A stretch of 64,000 nt of DNA from Candidatus Latescibacterota bacterium. GTDB taxonomy: Bacteria; Latescibacterota; UBA2968; GCA-2709665. The stretch is taken from assembly GCA_963662665.2 (NCBI GenBank), contig CAXXJS010000055.1, forward strand, positions 29,084 through 93,083. Reading direction: 5' to 3'. Position numbers and translations under genes: made by a program. Positions 38,365 through 48,355 of this stretch are shown piece after piece; positions within the stretch are counted from its first letter, which is position 1; each line of letters starts with the position of its first letter. The notes beneath the pieces were generated by a model that was given only the letters and a program-made list of their open reading frames with translations, was not told the DNA's origin and ran no database searches.

Positions 38365-39456
38365 ATGGCCCTGAATATCGGTATTATCGGCCTGCCGAAC
38401 GTGGGCAAATCGACCCTGTTCAACGCGCTGACTACGGCTGGCGTTGAAGCATCAAACTATCCTTTTTGTACCGTCGAACCAAATGTTGGTGTCGTCGAAG
38501 TGCCGGACGAACGCCTGCAACGCCTGGATGAACTGCTCGGACCCGAGTCCTGTGTTCCGGCATTCGTTCACTTTGTGGACATTGCCGGACTGGTCCGGGG
38601 CGCCAGCCGCGGCGAGGGACTGGGCAACCGGTTTCTGGCGCAGATTCGGGAGGTCGACGCGCTGGTTCACGTGGTGCGTTGTTACGACAACGGGAACGTT
38701 CCACACGTAGAAGCCGGCGTGGATCCCGTGCGGGATGTTGAGACCGTTGAAACCGAACTCGAACTTGCAGATCTGGAATCGGCGGAAGGGATCGCGGGCC
38801 GACTTGAAAAAGTTGTGCGGTCAGATCCCCGCGCCCCGGAGCGCTTCGCGTATGAAGCCTTGAAAAAGGCCATTGAAGGGTTGGAACGGTCTCTTCCCGT
38901 AAGTCAACAGGATCTGTCGGAAGCGCAATTGGAAGCTCTGAGACCCTTCAATTTTCTCACCGCCAAACCAGTCCTTTACGTGGCGAACGTTGGAGACACG
39001 GACCTGCCGGACGGGGGCGCACGAACGGCAAGGTTGCGGACGCTGGTCGGGGCCGACAGGATACTTCCGCTGGCCGCCCAGATCGAGGCGGAGGTCGCCG
39101 AGTTGGCGCCAGCCGACCGGACGGAGTTTTTCGAAGACATGGAGTTGAGTCAGCCTGGTGTGAACCGGCTGATTCGTGCAGGCTACGCCCTATTGGGGCT
39201 TATCACTTTCTATACCACCGCAAAGGAAAAACTGCAGGCGTGGGAAGTCCTTGAGGGCACGCGTGCCCCTGCCGCAGCCGGAAGGATCCACTCCGACATG
39301 GAGCATGGGTTCATTAGAGCTGAAGTTGCGGCCTATCCGGACGTATTGGCGGCCGGCAGTATCGCGGGGTTGCGTGAAACGGGCAGGATGCGCGCGGAAG
39401 GCAGACATTATGCCGTTCAGGACGGCGACGTTATTCGATTCCTTTTCAATGTATGA
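38365..39456 (+). CDS. ychF: Redox-regulated ATPase YchF
   Basis: GLPNVGKST, NYPFCT, DIAGLV, IHSD and C-terminal TGS domain. Confidence 0.95.
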   Translation: MALNIGIIGLPNVGKSTLFNALTTAGVEASNYPFCTVEPNVGVVEVPDERLQRLDELLGPESCVPAFVHFVDIAGLVRGASRGEGLGNRFLAQIREVDALVHVVRCYDNGNVPHVEAGVDPVRDVETVETELELADLESAEGIAGRLEKVVRSDPRAPERFAYEALKKAIEGLERSLPVSQQDLSEAQLEALRPFNFLTAKPVLYVANVGDTDLPDGGARTARLRTLVGADRILPLAAQIEAEVAELAPADRTEFFEDMELSQPGVNRLIRAGYALLGLITFYTTAKEKLQAWEVLEGTRAPAAAGRIHSDMEHGFIRAEVAAYPDVLAAGSIAGLRETGRMRAEGRHYAVQDGDVIRFLFNV

Positions 39457-39535
39457 TGGCACGATGGCGGGCGGCGTGAAGCATCGCCGGGACGGTGCCA
39501 ACCACCGGGCATTCACATAAATAGGGGGTTACCCT

Positions 39536-40108
39536 ATGTGCAAATGGACACGCTGGACATTCGCTGTGATTGTGGCCTGCCTGGTGCTGGGCCACGGCCG
39601 GGCCGATGCGCTCGGGTTGCGCGGACTCGGTCTAAAGGTTGGTGTTGATCTTACTCGTGGGGAGTCGGACGACTACTACGCTGCGTACGAATTCGACTCA
39701 GTCCGTCTGACGGTGGGCGGGCACGTCGATTTCGGTTCCATTTTCGTTCCTCGCCTCCATCTCGTTCCGGGGGTGGATCTGGTCATTCAGGACAATATGA
39801 AGATATATTCCCTGAACGCCGAAGCGCAGTTCAATTTCGGCCAGGGAAGCACCGTTGGCTACGTGGGGGGCGGAATCGGCGTACACCTGTCTCGGTTCGA
39901 CATTGTCGAGCCCGGCGGGCAGGGAGGCTCGATTAACCTGGCTGTCCCGGAGGACACGAAGGTTACCCTGAATATCCCACTCGGGTTCCGAAGGAAAGTC
40001 AGCCCGGGCGTGCTATGGTTCGGAGAACTCAAAATGATGATCGCCGACGAGGAAGCGGATTCCTCGTTCCGAATCAGCCTGGGACTCGCTTTTGGCGCGA
40101 CCGACTGA
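39536..40108 (+). CDS. Putative outer-membrane beta-barrel protein
   Basis: Signal peptide (ADA), alternating amphipathic strands, YVGGGIG, C-terminal ISLGLAF. Confidence 0.65.
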   Translation: MCKWTRWTFAVIVACLVLGHGRADALGLRGLGLKVGVDLTRGESDDYYAAYEFDSVRLTVGGHVDFGSIFVPRLHLVPGVDLVIQDNMKIYSLNAEAQFNFGQGSTVGYVGGGIGVHLSRFDIVEPGGQGGSINLAVPEDTKVTLNIPLGFRRKVSPGVLWFGELKMMIADEEADSSFRISLGLAFGATD

Positions 40109-40227
40109 TGTTAGATAGTGCAGCATGAACACTGGTTTTCGCGGCGGTCTCCACGCGGATGCCGGAGGTTGAATTCGAAGCAACGGGCGTGAACACACCA
40201 GCGCAAACCTGGAATAAAGGGACGGCA

Positions 40228-40803
40228 ATGGCGGAAGACAAGATCGAACGGATCGGATATCACATCGCGGAAATCATGAAGGTCCTCAACCTGGACATGA
40301 AGGATCCCAACCTCAGGGACACGCCGCGACGCTTCGCCCGGATGTACCTGGAGATCTTCCAGGGGCTCGACGAAGACAACGAACCCGAAATCACGATGTT
40401 TCCCAATGACGACGGGTTCGATAATATGGTGGCAATGACCGACGTTAGTTTCTACTCGATGTGCGCGCACCACTTGTTGCCCTTCTGGGGCAGGGTTCAC
40501 GTGGGATATATTCCAACGGCGCAAATCGTAGGGTTGAGCAAATTGGTGCGGATTGTGGAGTATTACGCCCGACGGCCGCAGATTCAGGAGCGGATGACCC
40601 ACCAGATCGTAGAGTTTCTGGAGCGTGAATTGGCGCCCAAGGGGTCAATCGTCGTGGTTGAAGCGCGGCACCTTTGTATGGAAATGCGGGGCGTGGAAAA
40701 ACCGGGCGCCTGGGCGACCACCTCCGCCGTCAGAGGCGCCTTCAAGGATCGCACGACCCGCGAGGAATTCCTCGAATTGCTGCAACGGCGAAGGGAAGGT
40801 TGA
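40228..40803 (+). CDS. folE: GTP cyclohydrolase I
   Basis: DTPRR, CAHHLLPF, GLSKL, QIQER and HLCMEMRG motifs. Confidence 0.95.
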   Translation: MAEDKIERIGYHIAEIMKVLNLDMKDPNLRDTPRRFARMYLEIFQGLDEDNEPEITMFPNDDGFDNMVAMTDVSFYSMCAHHLLPFWGRVHVGYIPTAQIVGLSKLVRIVEYYARRPQIQERMTHQIVEFLERELAPKGSIVVVEARHLCMEMRGVEKPGAWATTSAVRGAFKDRTTREEFLELLQRRREG

Positions 40804-40854
40804 GGTCGGATCAATTAGGTTTATCACCCGGTGATGAAACTTCCGGGCACCGGG

Positions 40855-41301
40855 CTACCCCTTGGTCCTATTGTCGTACATATCTGCCGTATGCAGGTCG
40901 AAAGATTGATGCTGCGGGTTCTTTCGGGCGCCCCGAAATGCGGTTTTGCAACTGTAACAAATCGTAATTTCCGGTAGACTCAGGTACAGAATAAAATCGA
41001 TAACTGCGGCGGCGCCCAGGCTGACATAAAAGTAAATCGGTCGGCCCAATGCCACGAAGACCAGACCGATCAAGGCAAATAGCATTGCGATTGCAAGGCC
41101 TATTCTTCCGTTGAAGTCCCTCTGGACGTAGAAATCGGTCTTGCCGCAGCAGGGGCAGACGTCGACCTCGTTGCCGTGTACGATTTGGTCCGAAAAAGCC
41201 AGGGGGATATTTCTCCCGCAGGCCGTGCAGTCTGTCTTGTTTCGTGAAGCCTGGAACCGGTTCACGGCCTGACATTGGGGACAGCGAAGACTGATTTCCA
41301 T
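40855..41301 (-). CDS. Small membrane protein with four CxxC pairs (Zn-ribbon-like)
   Basis: CPQC, CTAC, CPCC, two TM helices, then CYSC. Confidence 0.75.
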   Translation of the reverse strand: MEISLRCPQCQAVNRFQASRNKTDCTACGRNIPLAFSDQIVHGNEVDVCPCCGKTDFYVQRDFNGRIGLAIAMLFALIGLVFVALGRPIYFYVSLGAAAVIDFILYLSLPEITICYSCKTAFRGARKNPQHQSFDLHTADMYDNRTKG

Positions 41302-41305
41302 AGGC

Positions 41306-42124
41306 TTAGACCGGTATGGTTGTCGAATAAAAGATGTAGGCGGAAGCGCATTCACCTATCAGGACGAATATCGTGGCCACGTAGAGTAGCCCCGTCGCAG
41401 ACTGGGTCGAGTGAATCTTTACGGTTTGCCAGACCATAAAACCCACGATCAGCGGACCGAGGAGTCCAAAGAGAACGCGTACCCAGAGATAGAGACCGCC
41501 CAGGCCCAAAAACGATCTGAGCGTCTCCCGTATCTGAATATCGCCGTCCGTCCAGAAGACGTATATCGTAAGCGCTGTCAGCAAGGTCCTGGCCAAAATG
41601 GCGCCAAGCATCAACGTCGTGAGGGCGCGCAAAGGCCGGATGTGGAGCGTGGGTACCACGAGGTACCAGTGGCCCAGAATCATTGCGAATACGACGCTGC
41701 CCAGGAACAGAGCGGAGATCAGGTAACAGGCCGCTGTTAACACGCCGGCGGCAGCAGGCGAACAGGCCGCACAGGCAACGTACCCGGCCCACATTAACCC
41801 GGTCGATCCGGTTAAACCCGCGGCGGCAAGCAATGGTTTTTGGGGTCTGATGCGTCCGGTGACAACCGCAAGCAGGTAAACGAAGGCGAGCAGGGCGCTG
41901 GCCGTCAATAGGCTGCGGGGCAGCGAAAAACCCGCCGTGCCTTCCTCGAGCGGCGTTGGTATTGCGACTGGCCCTACCCACAGCGCCAGGACGAGAAACA
42001 CAAGACACGCGAGTGCGCAGAAACGAAAAAAGCGTCTGCCGGCTTCGCGGGGAACGACCAGCATCGATAGCAATCCGCCCACGGCGAGCTGGCTGAAAAC
42101 GATGTAAACGAGCGTACGGTACAT
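41306..42124 (-). CDS. Hypothetical multi-pass membrane protein (GHWYL motif)
   Basis: About eight hydrophobic segments; MILGHWYLV and STQSATGLLY. Confidence 0.75.
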   Translation of the reverse strand: MYRTLVYIVFSQLAVGGLLSMLVVPREAGRRFFRFCALACLVFLVLALWVGPVAIPTPLEEGTAGFSLPRSLLTASALLAFVYLLAVVTGRIRPQKPLLAAAGLTGSTGLMWAGYVACAACSPAAAGVLTAACYLISALFLGSVVFAMILGHWYLVVPTLHIRPLRALTTLMLGAILARTLLTALTIYVFWTDGDIQIRETLRSFLGLGGLYLWVRVLFGLLGPLIVGFMVWQTVKIHSTQSATGLLYVATIFVLIGECASAYIFYSTTIPV

Positions 42125-42239
42125 AAAATCGCAACAGGACCTGGTGGGTTTTCCGGTTTGGGACTCAGGCGGTAACCGGTGTGAAATATATCGGAAAAAC
42201 GTCGTGTAGGAAAACAAAATAAGGAAAGACGGGGAGCCC

Positions 42240-43226
42240 GTGGAATTTGATGGGAAAAACGCCTTCAAGATGACCGCGAATTGGAACCGTATCACCGAAT
42301 GCGCGCCATGGCCGCCCAGAGACTCGCCGGGCGCCGTGGTTTTCAGGGATCGGGTCTGGCTGCTCGGCGGCTGGCAAATGCTGGGCCCGGACAATTTCCC
42401 GCGCCTCAACGACGTCTGGTGTTCGGCCGACGGCCGGACGTGGGAGTGCCAGTTGCCAACAGCGCCATGGCCCGCCCGAAATCTTGCGGGCTGTGTGGTC
42501 CTGGGTGGTCGAATCTGGTTGATGGGTGGATTCGACGGCGTCCATACGCTTGGCGACGTCTGGTGTTCGAGCGACGGTCGAAACTGGGACCGTGCGACGG
42601 ATCGAGCGCCGTGGGGCTGTCGCGGCGCTTTCGGCAGCATGGTCTACGATAACCGGATCTGGGTTCTCGGCGGGCTTAACTGGGAGCTAGGGACGCATTA
42701 CGGCGACGTCTGGTGCTCTAATGACGGACGCCGGTGGGATCTGGTGGCAGAGCAGGCTCCATGGGCGCCGCGCGCGATGTTTCCCGCCATCGAATACGAT
42801 AACAGGATGTGGATTCTTGGAGGTGGAAACTACCACGATCGCCGCGTCAACTACAACGATATCTGGTGCTCGTCGGACGGCGTGACCTGGCAGCAGGATG
42901 CGGTCGATGCCGGATGGTCCCCCCGCCGGTTCCATAGCGCCTTTGTCTACAATGACAGAATGTGGATTGCCGGCGGAGCCATCGAGCCGTCCATCAATAT
43001 GAACGACGTCTGGTGTACCGACAACGGCGGTACCTGGGAGCGCTGCCATCGGGCCGCGCCCTGGGGGGTGCGCCACGCGTTTCCCTGCGTTGACTTTCGG
43101 CAGCGGATATGGCTGCTGGGAGGGTACAGCGGGTCCATCGCCGGTAGCGTCGTTTACAACGATATCTGGACCCTTGAAACAACGGATCACGGAAGTGGCG
43201 CCACGGAAGGCCTCGCGGACCCCTGA
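42240..43226 (+). CDS. Kelch-like six-repeat beta-propeller protein
   Basis: Repeats of W..R...RxWxxGG...DVWCSxDGxxW; GGGGAG RBS. Confidence 0.8.
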   Translation: MEFDGKNAFKMTANWNRITECAPWPPRDSPGAVVFRDRVWLLGGWQMLGPDNFPRLNDVWCSADGRTWECQLPTAPWPARNLAGCVVLGGRIWLMGGFDGVHTLGDVWCSSDGRNWDRATDRAPWGCRGAFGSMVYDNRIWVLGGLNWELGTHYGDVWCSNDGRRWDLVAEQAPWAPRAMFPAIEYDNRMWILGGGNYHDRRVNYNDIWCSSDGVTWQQDAVDAGWSPRRFHSAFVYNDRMWIAGGAIEPSINMNDVWCTDNGGTWERCHRAAPWGVRHAFPCVDFRQRIWLLGGYSGSIAGSVVYNDIWTLETTDHGSGATEGLADP

Positions 43227-43324
43227 AGATCGCCCAAATCTGCTGGACAATGGCTGATTATAGCGTATATTTTATAGCGTGAATCCGGTATTTCATTAAA
43301 CACCGAGGAATGAGGTCGTTATCG

Positions 43325-44347
43325 ATGTCAATGACGGAACTCGCAGCAACGGCTGGTGCGCTTGTACCCTCGGGTAAGGGTATCCTGGCGGCGGACGAGA
43401 GTATGGGGACGATCACGAAACGATTTGCGGACATCGGCGTTGAACCCACTGCCGAAGCCCGAAGGGCATATCGCGATATGCTGTTCACAACCCCTGACCT
43501 GGCGGACTTCGTCAGCGGGGTTATTTTATTCGAGGAGACACTGAACACGTCCGCGAACGGCGGCGTCGCGTTTCCCCGGCTGTTGGCCGACCTGGGGATG
43601 ATTCCCGGCATCAAGGCAGATACGGGGCTCGTGAAACTGGCCGGCTTTCCCGGTGAACAGGTCACCGAGGGACTGGACGATCTCCGGGGCCGTTTGGACG
43701 CGTATCACAAGAACGGCGCCCGGTTCGCAAAATGGCGGGCCGCCATTGCCATTGGCCACGGGATCCCAACACGGACATGTATCCACGCCAACGCGCACGC
43801 CCTCGCCCGATACGCCGCGCAGTGCCAGGAGGCGGGGTTGGTGCCCATCGTGGAGCCGGAAGTGTTAATGGACGGTGAACATACCATCGAGCAGTGTGAA
43901 GCGGTAACCGAGCGGGTGTTGCGTAGCGTGTTTTCGGAATTGGGAGAGCACGGCGTGATCCTGGAAGGCACGCTGCTGAAAGCCAGTATGGTCCTGTCCG
44001 GCGCCAAATGTACGGTGCAGGCGGGTGTTCAGGAGGTGGCTGAAGCCACCGTGCGATGCCTGCGGCGGACGGTTCCCGCCTCGGTTCCCGGCGTGGTATT
44101 TCTTTCGGGAGGACAAAGCCCGGAGCTATCTACGCTGCACCTGAACGCTATGAATCGGATAGGAGGCTTTCCCTGGGAGCTCAGCTATTCGTACGGCAGG
44201 GCGTTGCAGGACCCCGCCCGGGCCGCCTGGAAGGGTCAGACCGCCAACGTGGCGGCGGCGCAGAAAGTCTTCTATCACAGGGCAAGCTGCAACAGCGCCG
44301 CGCGTTACGGCAGATACGTTCCGGAGATGGAGGGTGTTGCCGCCTGA
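43325..44347 (+). CDS. Class I fructose-bisphosphate aldolase
   Basis: GILAADES, FAKWR, PIVEPEV, LLK (Schiff-base Lys), LSGGQ and SYGRALQ motifs. Confidence 0.95.
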   Translation: MSMTELAATAGALVPSGKGILAADESMGTITKRFADIGVEPTAEARRAYRDMLFTTPDLADFVSGVILFEETLNTSANGGVAFPRLLADLGMIPGIKADTGLVKLAGFPGEQVTEGLDDLRGRLDAYHKNGARFAKWRAAIAIGHGIPTRTCIHANAHALARYAAQCQEAGLVPIVEPEVLMDGEHTIEQCEAVTERVLRSVFSELGEHGVILEGTLLKASMVLSGAKCTVQAGVQEVAEATVRCLRRTVPASVPGVVFLSGGQSPELSTLHLNAMNRIGGFPWELSYSYGRALQDPARAAWKGQTANVAAAQKVFYHRASCNSAARYGRYVPEMEGVAA

Positions 44348-44429
44348 TTTCTTCACATCTACCACCCCTCGATCCCGTAACGGCGGCAGGCGCGTTGTTT
44401 CGGGATTTTTTTGACGACAAGCAGACGTT

Positions 44430-45272
44430 ATGCATCTTCCCCATCGTATCAATCGCGGCGTTTGTCGTGTCCTGCGGGTGATCCGGGAACGATGGTCGCC
44501 GTTGAACTTTCGGAACGTCGCGTATTCTGTCGGCGGGGCGCTGTTAATTTCAACGTTGGCGGCACTCGTGGCCTTTCTGGAGTATCGGAACAACTGGATT
44601 GCGGGAAGGGTGGGGGAAGCACTTGACAGAACCAACGATAGGCGCGTCAGAACGGGGGCTATCTGGAATCGGTTGGACGCCAGGGCGGAGGTGAGAGATT
44701 CACTGAGGGTGGTGGAAGCGCCTTCGCCTGCCGGCATTCCCAGGGCCGTTGCGGCGGCGCGCTTCGACGTGGACCGCGTGCCGGTTTCCGGTCTGCCTTC
44801 CTTTATCGCAGTCTGGCGTACGCACCTGGCCGAGAGCGCAAACCGCGAAACGAGAGAACTGATCGGTAGCGTTGGCGCATTCGATCTGGGTCTTTCTCTC
44901 TTGAAGTTGGCAAGCCTTCCCGAAGCGCGTTACCGGGCCCGGATACGAAGGCGGGTCGACGCGCTATACCGCCACGCGGGCGAGACCCAATGGCGCGCCG
45001 AAGCAGACGCTCTGGCCATCGCGGATTCGGTCCGGTCCGACGTGCGTGAACGTCTGGCACGTGATTTCGTGGAACAGTTCCGGTCCGAGGAGCGGCAGCG
45101 TCTCACGGAAGCATACAAATCCGGACTCGTGAGCCAGATACTGATTCAGAGCGGGCTTGGCATTTACCACGGCGAGTTGGTTTACGTCGATCCGGAACGT
45201 GCCTCGGTCAGATTCGACGTGGCGCCCGGGGGGATTGCGGCTCTGTTCGGCGAAAGAGAAGGGCGTCCCTGA
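44430..45272 (+). CDS. Hypothetical protein with one N-terminal TM helix
   Basis: Fills the gap and abuts the PBP1A start; hydrophobic segment VGGALLISTLAALVAFL; start uncertain. Confidence 0.55.
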   Translation: MHLPHRINRGVCRVLRVIRERWSPLNFRNVAYSVGGALLISTLAALVAFLEYRNNWIAGRVGEALDRTNDRRVRTGAIWNRLDARAEVRDSLRVVEAPSPAGIPRAVAAARFDVDRVPVSGLPSFIAVWRTHLAESANRETRELIGSVGAFDLGLSLLKLASLPEARYRARIRRRVDALYRHAGETQWRAEADALAIADSVRSDVRERLARDFVEQFRSEERQRLTEAYKSGLVSQILIQSGLGIYHGELVYVDPERASVRFDVAPGGIAALFGEREGRP

Positions 45273-45273
45273 A

Positions 45274-47340
45274 ATGCGCCGGATGTCGTTCCGATATTAC
45301 CGGGTCCGGACGGGTATACTTCTGGGGGCCGACGTGTTCCTGCTCACGGGCCTTGGCTTTGTCTGGCTCGTGACAACGCTGCCCCGAATCCCGTCCGACC
45401 CCGATGCGTTGCGCAGCCAGGCGGGCGTAAATATCTTCGCGGATACCGGGGAGTTGCTGTTTACGTTCAACCGTCGGGTCAGGCAGGTACGGCTGGACCA
45501 GGTGAGTCCGTGGTTTATCAATGCGGTTATTGCAACCGAAGACGAATCGTTTTACCGACACCGGGGGGTTAGCCTGAAGGGAATTGCAGGCGCGTTCCTG
45601 GCAAACCTGACGCAATTCCGAAAAGTCAGGGGTGGGAGTACGATTACCCAGCAAATTGTCAAGAATCTGTTCCTGACCCGCGAAAAAACCTACCTCAGGA
45701 AGGCGAAAGAGGTACTGATGGCCGTACAGCTGGAGGCGATGTTCGCAAGGCTGTACGGCAAGGCGGGAAAGGACAGACTGCTGGAGATATACATCAATGG
45801 GAGCTTTTTCGGTACCAACGCCTACGGCGTGGAGGATGCGTCGCAGACCTTTTTCGGAAAAGCGGCGTCGGACCTGGGCGTGGCGGAGGCGGCCATGCTG
45901 GCCGGGCTGCCCAATTCACCCAGCGCGTTGAATCCGTTCCGCGACGGCGGACGGCAGGCCGCGGCGCGCACCGCACACGTCCTGCGCCGCATGCACGCGG
46001 CGGGTTACCTGGAAATGGACGCTCTGCAACGGGCTCTCGATGAATCGCCGGTTCTGGCGGCGGGGCCCCGCAACCGGAATCGGACACCGTACTTCGTGGA
46101 AATCATCAAGGACGAGGTCGTTCGGCGCTGGGGGCGGTCTGCCCTCAGCTTTGGCGCGCTGAATATCCATACAACATTGGATTTTCACATGCAGAAGGCT
46201 GCAGAAAATGCTGTGGCTGAAGGCCTTGCAGACCTGGATGCGCGCCTCGGATTCGACGAGTACGAGCGGGCGGGCGGAGAGGACAGGCAGGAATACATAC
46301 AGGCGGCCCTGGTCAGCGTGGAACCGGCGACCGGATACGTGCGGGCATTGGTGGGCGGCCGTGATATCTTCATCAGCTATTTCAACCGGGCAACAACCGC
46401 ACGGCGTCAGCCGGGATCGGGTTTCAAGCCGGTGGTGTATCTGGCGGCGCTGGCGGCGGGCGAGATTTCGCCCGTGTCATTGTTCAGGGACGAGCCCCGG
46501 ACCTATACCGTCAACGGGAAACCGTGGACGCCTGGAAATTTCAGAGACCGGTATCTGGGTGTGACGACGGCGGCGTGGGCCCTGGTAAATTCCGCGAATG
46601 CGGCAAGCGTGCAGGTTATGGATCGGATCGGTCCGGAACGGGTCGTGGAAATGGCCCGACGACTGGGTGTCCGGAGTCCGCTGGACCCGTATCCGAGCAT
46701 CGCGTTGGGGGCCAGCGAAGTCTCACCACTGGAGCTGGCCTCGGTCTACGCCACCATTGCCAATTACGGGGTCCGCGTGGAACCGACCTTTGTGCGGCGG
46801 ATTGAAGATTCGGAGGGGCGGGTTGTGTACGCGCACCGTGCGCAACCTGTTCCCGTGATAGCGGCCGCGGATGCCTACGTGATGATCCGATTGCTTCGGA
46901 ACGTCATCCTGCGAGGCACCGGCCGCGGCGTTCGGTCCAGGGGATTCGTTCTCCCCGCAGCGGGAAAGACAGGCACGACAAACGACCACGCGGACGCCTG
47001 GTTTACGGGCTTCACGCCCGATCTCGCGACAAGCGTCTGGGTAGGTTTCGACCGGAAGTCCGGCAGACAACCCGGGATCACGGGCGGGCGCGACGCCGTT
47101 CCGATCTGGACGGCATTCATGTCCGGTGCGAAAGCAGGCGGCGAAACTCCGGATTTCTGGAAGCCCGACGACGTTTACGAGGTGTCAGTGGATGCGGCGA
47201 CGGGCGTGGCCGTGGATTCGTCGGCAGCTACCGGGACCAATCCGGCCCCGATCCTGGTGGCGCTCAAAGCGGGTGAGCGGACGAACACACGTCAGACGGT
47301 CGCAGAATTCCGCGCGGCTGCGAGCGATTCGGCCAATTAG
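45274..47340 (+). CDS. Penicillin-binding protein 1A family (transglycosylase-transpeptidase)
   Basis: ATEDESF, GGSTITQQ, RKAKE, SGFK (SxxK), SAN and KTG motifs. Confidence 0.93.
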   Translation: MRRMSFRYYRVRTGILLGADVFLLTGLGFVWLVTTLPRIPSDPDALRSQAGVNIFADTGELLFTFNRRVRQVRLDQVSPWFINAVIATEDESFYRHRGVSLKGIAGAFLANLTQFRKVRGGSTITQQIVKNLFLTREKTYLRKAKEVLMAVQLEAMFARLYGKAGKDRLLEIYINGSFFGTNAYGVEDASQTFFGKAASDLGVAEAAMLAGLPNSPSALNPFRDGGRQAAARTAHVLRRMHAAGYLEMDALQRALDESPVLAAGPRNRNRTPYFVEIIKDEVVRRWGRSALSFGALNIHTTLDFHMQKAAENAVAEGLADLDARLGFDEYERAGGEDRQEYIQAALVSVEPATGYVRALVGGRDIFISYFNRATTARRQPGSGFKPVVYLAALAAGEISPVSLFRDEPRTYTVNGKPWTPGNFRDRYLGVTTAAWALVNSANAASVQVMDRIGPERVVEMARRLGVRSPLDPYPSIALGASEVSPLELASVYATIANYGVRVEPTFVRRIEDSEGRVVYAHRAQPVPVIAAADAYVMIRLLRNVILRGTGRGVRSRGFVLPAAGKTGTTNDHADAWFTGFTPDLATSVWVGFDRKSGRQPGITGGRDAVPIWTAFMSGAKAGGETPDFWKPDDVYEVSVDAATGVAVDSSAATGTNPAPILVALKAGERTNTRQTVAEFRAAASDSAN

Positions 47341-47395
47341 CATCAATTCGAATAAAACAGCAATTTCACAACAGCACCCTGACGGGGAGAATACC

Positions 47396-48346
47396 ATGCT
47401 TCGTACAGCTCAGGATTTCTTGAACGAACTGAGTGCAGACCAGCGGAATCGGATCCTGTACCCGTTCGACCACGAGGAACGTTTCAACTGGAACTACGTG
47501 CCCGTAAAGCGAAACGGCGTCCCTTTCAGGGAGATGTCGAAGGTACAACGGGACGCGGCGCATCGTTTGTTGATGAGCGCCCTCAGCGATACCGGATATC
47601 AGAAAGCGGTGGATATCATGGTCCTGGAGGGCATTCTCGGCCGGATTGAGGATCAGACAACGTCGCGTTTCCGCAGGGACCCCGACGGGTATTTCCTGAC
47701 GCTCTTCGGCGACCTCGATTCGGGGACGGGGACCTGGGGCTGGCGGATCGACGGCCACCATCTGTCTCTCACGGTCTCGGTGGGCGCCGAAAAGAAGGTG
47801 GCGTCCACGCCTGCGTTCTGGGGGGCGAATCCGGCGCGGGTGCCATCGGGAGAAAGGAAGGGTTGGCGCGTCCTGCGCAGCGAAGAGGACATGGCGCGGG
47901 GAATTTTGAAAGCGTTGCCGGACGATCTGCAGGCCGTGGTCCGGATCGAGGCGGAAGCGCCAAGCGATATCCTCACCCGAAACAACAAGGCCGTCCGGAT
48001 CGGTGACCCCGCGGGTCTGCCTGCATCTGCAATGCCGCCGCGGCAGAAAGAGGCGTTGGTGCAGCTGCTGGAGCTGTACGCCGCGAACCTCCGGTGGGAC
48101 CTTGCCGAAGCGCACGTGGAGTGCATTCGAAGGGCCGGCGTGGACCGGCTCCACTTCGCCTGGGCCGGCGGGACCCGGCCGGGGGAGAAGCACTACTACC
48201 GGATCCACGGCCCCACCCATCTGGTGGAATACGACAATACACAGAATGACGCGAACCATATCCACTCCGTTCTGCGCGACCTGGAAAACGATTTCGGCCT
48301 GGATCCCTTGCAGAAACACTATGCAGATTGCGAACACGATTCCTAG
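47396..48346 (+). CDS. DUF3500 domain protein
   Basis: WNYVP, WGWRIDGHHLS, YYRIHGP and NHIHSV motifs. Confidence 0.85.
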   Translation: MLRTAQDFLNELSADQRNRILYPFDHEERFNWNYVPVKRNGVPFREMSKVQRDAAHRLLMSALSDTGYQKAVDIMVLEGILGRIEDQTTSRFRRDPDGYFLTLFGDLDSGTGTWGWRIDGHHLSLTVSVGAEKKVASTPAFWGANPARVPSGERKGWRVLRSEEDMARGILKALPDDLQAVVRIEAEAPSDILTRNNKAVRIGDPAGLPASAMPPRQKEALVQLLELYAANLRWDLAEAHVECIRRAGVDRLHFAWAGGTRPGEKHYYRIHGPTHLVEYDNTQNDANHIHSVLRDLENDFGLDPLQKHYADCEHDS

Positions 48347-48355
48347 GAGTACGAC

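Noticed and set aside
42240-43226. Recurring GACGTCTGGTG-like nucleotide repeats as a CRISPR array
   Set aside because: They encode the DVWC of the protein repeats, lie about 150 bp apart in frame, and there are no cas genes.
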